64,000 nucleotides of DNA, taken from an archaeon (GTDB lineage Archaea > SpSt-1190 > DYHY01). The notes below the pieces were generated by a model that was not told the DNA's origin, ran no database searches, and saw only the letters and a list, made by a program, of their open reading frames with translations. Location of the stretch: positions 16,581-80,580 of the forward strand of contig JAZDJS010000002.1 in assembly GCA_043803745.1 (NCBI GenBank), given 5' to 3'. A program made the position numbers and the translations under genes. Shown one piece after another: positions 30,164 through 40,060 of this stretch (position 1 is the first letter of the stretch; every line of letters begins with the position of its first letter).

Positions 30164-31630
30164 TCAAAAGAAAGTTTCTTCAAAATCCGCCCACTTCCGG
30201 AAAGCCCGAGAAAGCAGAACTGCTGAGAGCGGAACCAGCATCAGCAGGAGGAGGAGGAGGAGGAGACTCCGGGAGCCAGGCCAGCTTACAAGGGAAAGGA
30301 AAACGAAAGCTCCGGAGGGGATTGCTATCAGCGCCGAATATTTCGCAAAAGCCCATCCGCCGTAAAGGCGCAGGGAAGGCTCAAGCCCCGTCAGGAAAAC
30401 CGTCACTGAAAGCGAATATGCTGAGAAGATCAGGCAGGAAAAAACGGCTTCAAGAATCCCAAAAAAGCCCTCACCGAGGGCAACGCCGGAAAAAACAATC
30501 AGGGCGACCGGAAGGACGTTCAGGATAGCATAGCCGGAAAGCTTTCCCCAAATCAGCTGGGATTTTCTAACCGGAAGGAAGGAATATGCTGCCTGAAAAT
30601 CGAACTCAGTCAGCCAGTTGTACATTGAGGAGGAAACAATCCCAGTGAAGATGGCGAACGCAAGGAAGACCGGAAGCTCGGGGGCGATTGCCGAAAGCTT
30701 CGAAAGGAGATACCAGACCGCGCCAAGAGGGACGAGGAAAGCGAAAATCACCCGCCCCAGGCCGCCCCCGCTTCTGAGCAGGTCAAGGAAATCCTTCCCA
30801 ACGAAAGCAAACCTTGCCGGAAGATTCTTCAGGAGCAAAAGGTGCTTCTTTCCCCCCTTCGGCTTCGAGACGCTCTCAGCATAGTCGTTCTCGAGCAGGA
30901 CCAGCCCGCCTGCGGAAAGGATTGCTGCCGCAAGAAGAAAGCCGGCTGTATTGGCAAGTGAAAAATTCTCCGGGAAAAATGAAATCAGGCCAAGGAATTC
31001 ACTCCAAAATGCCTTTGCGAAAAAAGCGCAGGAAACAACAGCTGCAAGGAAAACCGCCTTGGATTTCACAAGAACCCCTGAAAGGAAGAACGAAAGCGAC
31101 ATCCCCGAAAGGAAAAGCAAGCTTCCCTCGAAAACAAGCGCTGCAAGCCCCGGGAGAGAAAAGCCCGCCCCGGCAACTACCGCAAAAATCCTGATTCCGA
31201 GCCCGAGCCCTAGGAGGGACGGGGCGAGCCAGAGGAGGATGTAGTAGAAAGAATCCTTGAGGATGAACGCCAGGAAAATCAGCCTGTCGCTGACCGGGAG
31301 GATTCTCGAGGAATAGGAAACAAGGCTTGCCTGGCCGAACCGCCTGTTCAGGATTTCCCGTCCGAAAATCCCGAACGCCCCTACCGAGAAGCCCAGGACA
31401 ATGCAAAAGCCGGCGACTCCGAGGAAAAAGTCCCGCGCCGGGATTGCCAGGAGGAAGACTGAAAACAGAATTGAAAGAATCAGCGAGATTGAGAAAAGGG
31501 CCGCTGGAAAAAGGAGGAAGGGGACTTTGCCGAAAAGGAGCGTGTGGATTCTCCATTCCTCGGCAACCTGCCACTTCAGTATTTCCCGGAACCGCCTGAA
31601 CTCCCGGAACCCCCCAAGCCAGCCGGTCAT
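30164..31630 (-). CDS. ABC transporter permease
   Basis: Multi-TM protein; overlaps the ATPase stop. Confidence 0.8.
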   Translation of the reverse strand: MTGWLGGFREFRRFREILKWQVAEEWRIHTLLFGKVPFLLFPAALFSISLILSILFSVFLLAIPARDFFLGVAGFCIVLGFSVGAFGIFGREILNRRFGQASLVSYSSRILPVSDRLIFLAFILKDSFYYILLWLAPSLLGLGLGIRIFAVVAGAGFSLPGLAALVFEGSLLFLSGMSLSFFLSGVLVKSKAVFLAAVVSCAFFAKAFWSEFLGLISFFPENFSLANTAGFLLAAAILSAGGLVLLENDYAESVSKPKGGKKHLLLLKNLPARFAFVGKDFLDLLRSGGGLGRVIFAFLVPLGAVWYLLSKLSAIAPELPVFLAFAIFTGIVSSSMYNWLTEFDFQAAYSFLPVRKSQLIWGKLSGYAILNVLPVALIVFSGVALGEGFFGILEAVFSCLIFSAYSLSVTVFLTGLEPSLRLYGGWAFAKYSALIAIPSGAFVFLSLVSWPGSRSLLLLLLLLMLVPLSAVLLSRAFRKWADFEETFF

Positions 31631-32394
31631 TTTCTCCCTCGGGGATTCCCTCTTCGCAGCCGAGGGGAAGAGACCAGGCTGAAGAAAACCTGCTCAAGAT
31701 TTTTCCCCCGCTTCCGAAGGTCGGATATTTTCCCCGTCTTAAGCAGTTTTCCTCCGGAAATTATCCCGTAATCCGTGCAGAGCTTCTCGGCAACCTCGAG
31801 GACGTGCGTGCAGAAGAAAACAGTCCCCCCCCTTTTTGCAAACCCGGTAAGGAATTCCTTGACGCTCTTCTGGACTATCGGGTCGAGGTTTATCAGGGGC
31901 TCGTCAATGAAGGCAACCTTCGGCTCGTGTATGAACGCCTGGGCGAACATCAGCTTCTGCCGGGTCCCCCGGGAAAGGTCCTTGCAAAGCGTGTCCCGCT
32001 CGCTTTCAAGGGAGAAGAAGGAAAGCCACCGGGAGATTTTCTTTTCAGCCCCCTCAGCCCTCTCAACTCCCCGTATCTTGCAAACGAACTGGAGATATTC
32101 CTCGGAGGTGAGAAAGCTCGGAGGAGTTTCCTGCTCGGGCATTATCCCGACCGCCTCCCGGACCTTTATCGGTTCCTTCTCCGGATCAATCCCGAGCACA
32201 AGCGCTCGCCCTGAAGTCGGCTTGAGCTGGCCCGTCAGCAGCCTGACTGTCGTGGTTTTCCCGCTTCCATTCGGCCCGAGGAACCCGAAAATGCTTCCTG
32301 CCTCAACCGAGAGCGAAACAGAATCCACCGCGCGGGTTCTTCCCGGAAAAATCTTCGTTAGCCCTTCAGTCATTATTACGCGGCGACCGTCCAT
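31627..32394 (-). CDS. ABC transporter ATP-binding protein
   Basis: GPNGSGKTT, LSRGTRQK, FIDEP, CTH. Confidence 0.95.
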   Translation of the reverse strand: MDGRRVIMTEGLTKIFPGRTRAVDSVSLSVEAGSIFGFLGPNGSGKTTTVRLLTGQLKPTSGRALVLGIDPEKEPIKVREAVGIMPEQETPPSFLTSEEYLQFVCKIRGVERAEGAEKKISRWLSFFSLESERDTLCKDLSRGTRQKLMFAQAFIHEPKVAFIDEPLINLDPIVQKSVKEFLTGFAKRGGTVFFCTHVLEVAEKLCTDYGIISGGKLLKTGKISDLRKRGKNLEQVFFSLVSSPRLRRGNPRGRK

Positions 32395-32495
32395 TTCACC
32401 CGGCTTCGCATGCGCCCGATTAAATCATTTGCCGGTTTCTGTCCCGTCCGAATCTCATAAAAACTCTTTTAAATCGACAGCCCCGCGAGCCGCCC

Positions 32496-34511
32496 ATGGT
32501 AGTTAAATATGCGATAGGAGCGAGCCTTTTCGGGCTTGCGTTTGCGGCATATCTTGTGAAGGACATTCTTTCGAAGGAGGAGGGCTCCAGCAAAATCAAG
32601 GAGATCGCCCGGGCAATCCAGACGGGCGCGATGGCTTTCCTGAAGCGGCAGTACGTCACTATTTCATTCATGAGCGTCGTCCTTGCAATTGCAATCGGGT
32701 TCTTCATTTCCTGGAAAACCGCGATTTCATTTATGATAGGCGCGTTCTTCTCCGGACTCGCCGGCTATGTAAGCATGTGGGTCGCGGTCCGGGCGAACAG
32801 CAGGACAACCCGGGCTGCTGAAAAGTACGGGCTTAACGAGGCGCTCAAGGTTTCCTTCCGCGGAGGCGCGGTAATGGGACTCTCGGTTGTCGGGATGAGC
32901 CTGCTTTCGGTCTCGGTTCTCTACCTTGTATTCGGGAACCCGACGGAAATAATCGGACTCGGGTTCGGCGCAAGCTTTGTTGCCCTGTTCGCCCAGCTTG
33001 GCGGAGGGATTTACACCAAAGCTGCCGATGTCGGGGCGGACCTTGTCGGGAAGGTTGAGAAGAACATTCCCGAGGATGACCCGAGGAACCCCGCCGTTAT
33101 CGCGGACCTTGTCGGGGACAATGTCGGGGACTGCGCCGGAAGGGGCGCGGATCTTTTCGAATCCTGCACGGCCGAGAACATCGGCGCAATGATTCTTGGA
33201 ATCGCACTGATGCCGGTCTACGGGATAGGCGCGGTTCTTTTTCCCCTTGTTGCGCGGGCAGCGGGGATAATATCCTCGATAATAGGGATGTTCTTCGTCA
33301 GCGTCAAGTCGGACAACGACGACCCGCTCAGGGGAATGGACAAGGGGCTTTACGTCTCGTCAATCCTTTCAGCCGTTGCCTTTTACTTCCTCGTGCAGAT
33401 TTTCCTCAAGGGCAACATGAACCTCTTTTATGCATCCCTTGTCGGAATGGCAACGACAATCGTAATCCGCTACATAACAGAATACTACACAGCGAAGAAA
33501 TACAAGCCGGTCCAGGACATTGCAAAGGCATCCCAGACCGGAGCCGCAACGAACTTCATCAAGGGGTTTGCAGTGGGGCTTGAATCAACCGCAATGCCGG
33601 TAATCGTGATGTGCGTTGCAATATTGGGGGCCTATTCGCTTGGCAGCGCCGGAGGAGCCGGATTTGCGGGCGGAATCTATGGCACGGCAGTTGCGACAAT
33701 CGGAATGCTTTCAACGGCGGTCTTCATCCTTGCGATGGACGGCTACGGACCGATTTCCGACAACGCCGGAGGAATCGGGGAAATGGCGGGAATAGACAAG
33801 AGAGTCAGGGACAAGATACTCGACCCGCTCGATTCCCTCGGGAACACGACCAAGTCCCTTACGAAGGGGTATGCAATGGGCTCGGCGGCGCTCTCTGCGT
33901 TCCTTCTTTTCGCGGCATATCTCGAGATAACCAAGCTCACCGTCGTCGACATCGCGATTCCGAGCGTTTTCGTCGGGGCGTTCATCGGAGTAGCCCTCCC
34001 ATACCTTTTCAGCTCTTTTGCGATAAGCGCGGTCGGGAACGCTGCCTTCGAAATGGTCAACGAGGTCAGGAGGCAGTTCAAGGAAATAAAGGGCCTGATG
34101 GCCGGGAAGGCAAAGCCGGACTATGCGAGATGCGTCGACATAAGCACAAAAGCCGCACTTCGGGAAATGGTTGTTCCGGGGATCCTTGTTGTTGGCGCGC
34201 CAATAGTTGTCGGTCTTCTCCTTGGTCCTGCAGCGGTTGCGGGGCTTCTGGTCGGCTCGACAATGAGCGGAATAGTTCTTGCGCTCCTGATGAACACCGG
34301 AGGCGCCGCATGGGACAACGCGAAGAAATACATCGAGGGCGGAGCATATGGCGGAAAGGGATCGGTAACGCACGCAGCAGCAGTCGCGGGCGACACTGTC
34401 GGCGACCCGTTCAAGGATACCGCGGGACCCTCGCTCCACGTGCTCGTGAAACTGCTGAACACGATTTCGCTTGTGTTCGCGCCGATTTTCATCGGCTTGC
34501 TGATGCACTGA
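32496..34511 (+). CDS. hppA: Membrane-bound pyrophosphatase, K+-independent H+-pumping type
   Basis: GGGIYTKAADVGADLVGKVE, DNVGD, GDTVGDPFKD; GNTTKS carries the Lys typical of K+-independent enzymes. Confidence 0.95.
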   Translation: MVVKYAIGASLFGLAFAAYLVKDILSKEEGSSKIKEIARAIQTGAMAFLKRQYVTISFMSVVLAIAIGFFISWKTAISFMIGAFFSGLAGYVSMWVAVRANSRTTRAAEKYGLNEALKVSFRGGAVMGLSVVGMSLLSVSVLYLVFGNPTEIIGLGFGASFVALFAQLGGGIYTKAADVGADLVGKVEKNIPEDDPRNPAVIADLVGDNVGDCAGRGADLFESCTAENIGAMILGIALMPVYGIGAVLFPLVARAAGIISSIIGMFFVSVKSDNDDPLRGMDKGLYVSSILSAVAFYFLVQIFLKGNMNLFYASLVGMATTIVIRYITEYYTAKKYKPVQDIAKASQTGAATNFIKGFAVGLESTAMPVIVMCVAILGAYSLGSAGGAGFAGGIYGTAVATIGMLSTAVFILAMDGYGPISDNAGGIGEMAGIDKRVRDKILDPLDSLGNTTKSLTKGYAMGSAALSAFLLFAAYLEITKLTVVDIAIPSVFVGAFIGVALPYLFSSFAISAVGNAAFEMVNEVRRQFKEIKGLMAGKAKPDYARCVDISTKAALREMVVPGILVVGAPIVVGLLLGPAAVAGLLVGSTMSGIVLALLMNTGGAAWDNAKKYIEGGAYGGKGSVTHAAAVAGDTVGDPFKDTAGPSLHVLVKLLNTISLVFAPIFIGLLMH

Positions 34512-34552
34512 CTGAGGAAGGCAGGCGGGGCTCGCCAAACCCCCTTTGTTTT

Positions 34553-35032
34553 TTAATATTCCACTTTGTCCTTTTTCAGGAACCATTCCCGCATTATCGG
34601 AAGGGCGCGTTCTCTCAAAAGCATCTTTTTCGGAACTCCGGTTTTTATTCCCCTCAGAACATCGTAGAAAAATTCGTCGTCAAAGCCTATCTTGGCAGCG
34701 TCCCTTCGGGTTGCCCCGTAATAGACCTTGTCAATCCGCGCCCAGTTTATTGCAGCGAGGCACATTGGGCAGGGCTCGCAGGTCGAGTAAAGCGTGCATC
34801 CGGCAAGGCTGAACGTGCCGAGCTTCCTGCACGCGCGCCTTATCGCAACAATTTCTGCATGGGCGGTCGGGTCGTTCGAGAAGGGAACCATATTCACCCC
34901 GGTTGAAACCAGTTTCCCGCCTTTTTTCGCAATCGCCGCGCCAAACGGGCCCCCCTTTTTCCTCCGCACTCCCCTTTCCGCTTCCTTCAGTGCGCGAGTC
35001 ATGAGCGTCTGGTTTAGTTCAGCTGCCTGCAT
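34553..35032 (-). CDS. guaD: Nucleoside/guanine deaminase (CDA fold)
   Basis: GGPFGA, HAE, CEPCPMC, IGFDD. Confidence 0.8.
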   Translation of the reverse strand: MQAAELNQTLMTRALKEAERGVRRKKGGPFGAAIAKKGGKLVSTGVNMVPFSNDPTAHAEIVAIRRACRKLGTFSLAGCTLYSTCEPCPMCLAAINWARIDKVYYGATRRDAAKIGFDDEFFYDVLRGIKTGVPKKMLLRERALPIMREWFLKKDKVEY

Positions 35033-35083
35033 GGCAAGAAAGGAAACGAAAGCGTTTTAATTTGTTTTGGTTTCCTTTCCGGA

Positions 35084-35581
35084 ATGGATGCGCTTGAGGC
35101 GATATTCTCCCGGAGGAGCATCAGGGAATATTCGGGGAAGGAAATACGGGAGTCCGAGATTGAAACGCTCCTGAGGGCCGGGATGTCCGCCCCTTCAGCG
35201 CACAATGAGCAGCCCTGGCAGTTCGTTCTTGTCCGTGAGAGAGACCGGCTCGAAGCCCTTTCGAAAACCGGAAAATACTCCGGAATGGTTGCCCGCGCAT
35301 CAGCCGCAATTGTCGTTTGCGGGGAGGGCGCGTCACTCCACCTTGTCGAGGACCTTTCCTGCGCTGCCGAGAACATCCTCCTCGCATCCCACGCTCTGGG
35401 GCTCGGTTCGGTCTGGGTTGCCCTCTATCCTTCGGAGGACCGGATTGCCCGCGCAAGGGCAGCGCTCAAGCTTCCGAAAGGAATCCTGCCCCTTTGCATA
35501 ATCCCGGTTGGCTATCCCGCTGAGAAGCCCGCTCCGGAAGAGCGGTTCAGGAAGGAACGGATACACAATGAGACCTGGTGA
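35084..35581 (+). CDS. Nitroreductase family protein
   Basis: RRSIREY, APSAHNEQPW, LGLGSVW. Confidence 0.92.
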   Translation: MDALEAIFSRRSIREYSGKEIRESEIETLLRAGMSAPSAHNEQPWQFVLVRERDRLEALSKTGKYSGMVARASAAIVVCGEGASLHLVEDLSCAAENILLASHALGLGSVWVALYPSEDRIARARAALKLPKGILPLCIIPVGYPAEKPAPEERFRKERIHNETW

Positions 35582-35939
35582 GCCCCCCGAGAAACTCTGG
35601 TTCGCTTCAGCAGCAATCCTCCTGCTTTCAATCCTGATTTTCCGCCAGCTCCCTTTGGAACTTTTCCTAATCCATTGTTCCGCCAGCGCAATCTTCCTTT
35701 CCGCCTGCCGGTTCTTCCAGCTGGCTCGCGCGCCGATTGTCTTTTCTTCTATTGTCCTTGCAGGGAATCTTTTCTCATTTCTCGCTCTTTCTCTGGCGAG
35801 CTTCCAGTCCTATCCGCGCGTTCTCACCTTTCTCCTGTTCGGGGCATATTCGTTTTTCCTTTCCTTCCCCTCCGGGATTTTAATCGGGCTGCTTGCCGAA
35901 TTTTTTCACCGGTTTTCTGGAAGGCCGGGAAGTTTTTAA
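35568..35939 (+). CDS. Small 4-TM membrane protein
   Basis: Hydrophobic ORF from ATG 35568, overlapping the nitroreductase end. Confidence 0.6.
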   Translation: MRPGEPPEKLWFASAAILLLSILIFRQLPLELFLIHCSASAIFLSACRFFQLARAPIVFSSIVLAGNLFSFLALSLASFQSYPRVLTFLLFGAYSFFLSFPSGILIGLLAEFFHRFSGRPGSF

Positions 35940-35966
35940 ACTGCCGATGAACCTTTCCGGGCAAGA

Positions 35967-36437
35967 ATGGCCGGCAGACTCGTCCCGAAGGCCCCCGAGG
36001 CAATTGCCGCAGGGGTTGTTGTTGACTCGCGCGGAAGGGTCCTTCTTCAGGAAGAGCTGATGAACAACGGGAAAATGAAATGGGTCTTTCCGGGCGGCCA
36101 CATTGAATTCGGCGAAAGAATTTCCGCCGCAGTAAAGCGCGAAATCCTTGAGGAAACCGGGCTGCGCGTGAGAATCGGGAAGTTTCTCGGGCATTTTGAA
36201 GCCGTCTTCCCGCAGTTCGGCTATCACACAATCGTCTTCTTCCACCGGGCAAAGCCGGTTTCTCCCGGGGAAAAACTTGTCTCGGAAGGGGGAAAACCGC
36301 TCAGGTTCTTTCCGATAAAGGCCGCCCTGAAGAAACTGGAACTTGTAGAAAGCTCAAGGTGGCTTCTTGAGGGCGCATCACTCAAGCCGCTTTCCGGAAA
36401 GGACGGTCGCAATCGCGAAAATCGCAAGAGAATATAG
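35967..36437 (+). CDS. NUDIX hydrolase
   Basis: Nudix box GGHIEFGERISAAVKREILEETGL. Confidence 0.92.
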   Translation: MAGRLVPKAPEAIAAGVVVDSRGRVLLQEELMNNGKMKWVFPGGHIEFGERISAAVKREILEETGLRVRIGKFLGHFEAVFPQFGYHTIVFFHRAKPVSPGEKLVSEGGKPLRFFPIKAALKKLELVESSRWLLEGASLKPLSGKDGRNRENRKRI

Positions 36438-38300
36438 CGCAATGCCGGAGAACGCAAGGACGTTCGCGCCTTCATAAACCCCGAAAACCCTCAGGGCTTC
36501 CGAAGAAACCGCAAGCGGCAGCGCTCCGGAAACGCTCTTGAGGCTTGCCGGAAGGAATTCGAAGGAGAAAAGCCCCCCCGAAAGGAAGAGGGATGGGATT
36601 GAGAAGCCCACCACCGCGAGCAGCGCGCTTGATTCGTCCCGCACAAGGAAGCCTACCAGGATTCCTCCAAGGGAAAACATAAGCGACACAAGGACTATCC
36701 CGAGGAAAAATCCGGGCGGATTCGAGATTCTCAGGGAGAAGAACAGGCGGCCCATCAGGGTCATCAGGAGAGTTTGCCCAAGCCCGAGCAAAGTCAGGAT
36801 TGCCGCCTTTGAAAGTATGAAGAAAAGCGTCCCCTTGCCGGCAAGGCTTGTCCTCAGGAGCGTCCCGGACTTTCTCTCGAACAAAACCGTCCCCGAGCCG
36901 AGCAAAAGAAGGTTGAACATCAGGACGATTGCCGCGATTGACGGGAAAATGTAGGAGAACCCCTTCGACGAGAACGCTTCCGTCTCCTCAACTGCAAGCG
37001 GGCTTACGACGGTTTCCGGATCCCGCGAGTAAATTGTCTCGAGGGCTTTCCGGGCGTCTTCAAGCCTCGGTATTGCCTTGTTTATCTCCGAGGTTATGTT
37101 CGCGAAAATCCCCGCTGAATATTCCAGATCCCTTAGCGAATAGTTCCGGATTTCCGAGAATTCCGAAAGGGTCTCCGAAACCTCGGCAAGCGCGATTTCA
37201 GCCCCGCCAAGCTTTGAGAGCGCAATCCCGAGTCCCGCGGTAAGGTTCTCCGCGCCAGCCGAAACGTTCTCAAGCTCGGATTGCATTAGCGTGAGATTCT
37301 GGGAAATCTTCGAAATCCTCTCGCGCATCGTCTTCTCCCGCCAAACTCTTTCCTCAAGGGGTTCGAGAACCTGTCCTGCGAACGAGATGTTCGGGCAGAG
37401 GCCGGGAAGGCAAGCGGAATAGTTGACAAGCCCCTCAACCGCCCTTGCAGAATCGAGTATCCCCTCAGTCATGCTAATGTCCTCGGCAAGGAGGGCATCC
37501 GCCTCGGTGAGGAGAAGCAGGGATTCGTTAAGGGTCCCGTTCGCGCTTTCAAGGCGCGCCTTCAAAACGTCCAGCGTGCCGTTCGCGGAAATGAGCTGGG
37601 CTTTCTGCTCGGAAAGGAACCCTGAGGTTTCGGAAATCCGTTTCTCGAGGGAAAGAATTGACAGGTTCTCGAGCTCAAGCTTCGCCGAGTCCATTTTCGC
37701 CGAAACCTCGGAAAGCCTTCCGCGCGCCTGCTCAAGCTGAACGCCGGAGATCTCAAGCTCAACACCCATCCTGGAAAGGCCTTCCCACGCCCTTCCAATG
37801 AAGGACTCGGACACATTCCCGGAAATTTCCTGGGTTATCCCGGAAGCATATGTAAGTATCAGGGAGGAGACATCCTCCCTCGAGTTGTCGTAGTAGACCT
37901 GGACTTTCCTGCCGATTCCCGAAGAGATGTCCTCGCTCGCCCCTTTGGGGACCAGGATTATTGCCGAAAGATTGCCCGAGGAAATCCGGGTAAGGCCGCT
38001 CCCAAGGCAGCCGGAATCCCCCGAGATTTCCGCGCGGAAGGGCCCGCTTGAAAGGGCGGAGAAATAAGCTTCCCCAATCGCATCCCCGGAGGAACAGACA
38101 AGCACGCTTATTCCGGAAGCGGTTTTCTCGTTGAAAACGTTTCCAAGTATCGCGACAGTGAGAACCGGGACAAGGAGGAGGAGAATCAGCGAGTTCCGCG
38201 AGCGGAGGAAATAGAGCAGGTCTTTCCAAAGCGTCCGCAAGGCCAGGCCCTTACCGTCCGAGCGCAATTTTCTCGAAAACCTCCTCAAGCGTTTTTGCAT
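36378..38300 (-). CDS. ABC-2 permease with long extracellular coiled coil (YhgE/Pip-like)
   Basis: N-terminal TM, ~250-aa heptad region, ERKSGTL, LSGGLF. An alternative TTG start lies at 38240. Confidence 0.85.
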   Translation of the reverse strand: MQKRLRRFSRKLRSDGKGLALRTLWKDLLYFLRSRNSLILLLLVPVLTVAILGNVFNEKTASGISVLVCSSGDAIGEAYFSALSSGPFRAEISGDSGCLGSGLTRISSGNLSAIILVPKGASEDISSGIGRKVQVYYDNSREDVSSLILTYASGITQEISGNVSESFIGRAWEGLSRMGVELEISGVQLEQARGRLSEVSAKMDSAKLELENLSILSLEKRISETSGFLSEQKAQLISANGTLDVLKARLESANGTLNESLLLLTEADALLAEDISMTEGILDSARAVEGLVNYSACLPGLCPNISFAGQVLEPLEERVWREKTMRERISKISQNLTLMQSELENVSAGAENLTAGLGIALSKLGGAEIALAEVSETLSEFSEIRNYSLRDLEYSAGIFANITSEINKAIPRLEDARKALETIYSRDPETVVSPLAVEETEAFSSKGFSYIFPSIAAIVLMFNLLLLGSGTVLFERKSGTLLRTSLAGKGTLFFILSKAAILTLLGLGQTLLMTLMGRLFFSLRISNPPGFFLGIVLVSLMFSLGGILVGFLVRDESSALLAVVGFSIPSLFLSGGLFSFEFLPASLKSVSGALPLAVSSEALRVFGVYEGANVLAFSGIALYSLAIFAIATVLSGKRLE

Positions 38301-38928
38301 TGTGCTTGCGCTTCAGCTTTTCCGGGGAAATGAATTCGACGGACCTTCCGGAAAAGAGCGCAAGAACCTTGTCGAAATCCTCTATTTCCGCAAGATTGTG
38401 GGTGACAACCAGGATTGTTTTCCCCTCATCCTTCTTGAGCTTCCTGAGGAGATCCAGAAGCTCCCGCTTGCTGAGCGGGTCAAGCCCGACGGTTGGCTCG
38501 TCAAGGAGGAGGATTTCGGCGCCGCCGGCAAGCCCGGCAAGTATTGAAAGCTTTTTCCGCTGGCCTCCGGAAAGTTCTCCCGCCGGCTTCTCCGGGTCAA
38601 GCCCGAAAAGTTTTTCCGGAATCTTTTCCCCGTGCAGAGCCGAGAAATACTCGAGGTTTTCCCGAACTGTCAGGTATGGATAGAAGGAATCTGCCTGGGG
38701 AACATAGCCGATTTTCCCGGTTCGTTCGACTTTTCCGGAGTCCGCCTTCAATATGCCCAGCAGTATTTTCACAAGGGTAGATTTCCCCCCTCCGGAAGGT
38801 CCGAGTATCCCGATGAGCTCCCCTCTGCCCGCGGAAAAGGAGACTCCGGAAAGTATTTTCCTCTCTCTGAAGGATTTGGAAATCCCCGTTGCGGAGAGGA
38901 CCGTTCCAGCATCCCTTTTCCCTGCCAT
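38251..38928 (-). CDS. ABC transporter ATP-binding protein
   Basis: GPSGGGKST, LSGGQ, LLLDEP, VTH. Confidence 0.95.
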   Translation of the reverse strand: MAGKRDAGTVLSATGISKSFRERKILSGVSFSAGRGELIGILGPSGGGKSTLVKILLGILKADSGKVERTGKIGYVPQADSFYPYLTVRENLEYFSALHGEKIPEKLFGLDPEKPAGELSGGQRKKLSILAGLAGGAEILLLDEPTVGLDPLSKRELLDLLRKLKKDEGKTILVVTHNLAEIEDFDKVLALFSGRSVEFISPEKLKRKHNAKTLEEVFEKIALGR

Positions 38929-38960
38929 TGCCCGGATTGGCCGCAGTCCCGCCTTAAAAA

Positions 38961-38980
38961 GTTAAACCTGCGGGTTTAAC
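38961..38980. promoter_or_regulatory. Perfect 8-bp inverted repeat in a divergent promoter region
   Basis: GTTAAACC-TGCG-GGTTTAAC. Confidence 0.35.
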
Positions 38981-39028
38981 TCTCAATCTACCTAAAGCAT
39001 ATTTGGGCTCTTCTCCGAGGAAGGCTGA

Positions 39029-40042
39029 ATGGATTCCCGAGCAGCCATTTACGGATATTTCAGCAAACCCTCCAGATTTCAGGCTGCCCTGGGCGCCGTC
39101 GCTCCTTCGCTTCTCAGGATTGTTTATGACGTTCGTCCCTCCGGAAACGAGCGCGTTCCGGAAAGGGGTCCCCTTGTTGTTGCAACCGGACCGCACAGCA
39201 GTGCGATTGACGTCGGTTTCGCGATTTTCCTCCCGGAACTCCGAAGGCGGCTCGGCGAAACCGCGGTCGTTGCCAAGGAAAGCCTCCAGACGCACCCGCT
39301 TGTTGGAAGGCTCCAGCACATTCCGGCTTATCGGGGAAAGGCTGAGGAAGGAAGCGAAACTCCCATCGTCCTTAGGGCTGACGGGAACTGCAAGGTATTC
39401 GCCATTGGGCCCCTTTCAGAAGCCGAATCTGACGGGGCTTACAGGCTTTCCGAACAGGAATGCTCAGTTTTGGGAATTGACTGGACTGGCGGGGAAAGCT
39501 CCCCGCTTCTCGATGCAGCCAACAAAGTTCCTCTCCTTCGGAAAAACACCTTCGCCCCGGCCAAGAACTGGCTTGATGCTGGAAAGGTCCTGCTCATTTC
39601 AGTTGAGGGAACAAGATATCCGCAGGCAGACGTTCCGGAAGAATTCGACCCGGTCGGATATTCCCGCCTTGAGGTTTCCAAGCTTTTCGGCGGAACTGTC
39701 GCGATTGCAAGGGCATCCTCGGCGAAAATCCTCCCGGTTTACACGGGTTTCTCGGGCGACCGCGACCCTTTCGGGAGGAAACCCCTTGCAGTAAGGGCCG
39801 GCTATCCGATCGAGCCCCCCCAGGACAGGCGCGGGAGAGCGCGCGCCACAGAAGAAATAAGATACCAGCTCCTTGCCCTGCAATCCGATTTGTTCGGGGA
39901 ACTGTTTCCCGACTATTCCTCTTTCAGGGGTTTCTTCGACCGGGCTTTCGAGCTCAACGGCGGGCCCCCCTCAGCAGGCTCAATGACCTGGCAGCCCTTT
40001 TCCGAGCGCCTGGCGGAATACGAAAAACTTTTTATAAGCTGA
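39029..40042 (+). CDS. plsC: Lysophospholipid acyltransferase (PlsC/LPLAT family) with ~65-aa insertion
   Basis: GNERVPERGPLVV..HSSAID (HxxxxD), AKESL, IPAYRG, VEGTR, ILPV, GYPI. Confidence 0.8.
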   Translation: MDSRAAIYGYFSKPSRFQAALGAVAPSLLRIVYDVRPSGNERVPERGPLVVATGPHSSAIDVGFAIFLPELRRRLGETAVVAKESLQTHPLVGRLQHIPAYRGKAEEGSETPIVLRADGNCKVFAIGPLSEAESDGAYRLSEQECSVLGIDWTGGESSPLLDAANKVPLLRKNTFAPAKNWLDAGKVLLISVEGTRYPQADVPEEFDPVGYSRLEVSKLFGGTVAIARASSAKILPVYTGFSGDRDPFGRKPLAVRAGYPIEPPQDRRGRARATEEIRYQLLALQSDLFGELFPDYSSFRGFFDRAFELNGGPPSAGSMTWQPFSERLAEYEKLFIS

Positions 40043-40060
40043 GCCGCTTCTTCTCGCACA

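Noticed and set aside
33611-34906. Long alternative-frame and antisense ORFs (also 45315..46784 and 53411..54562)
   Set aside because: They overlap well-supported genes and are expected at this GC content.
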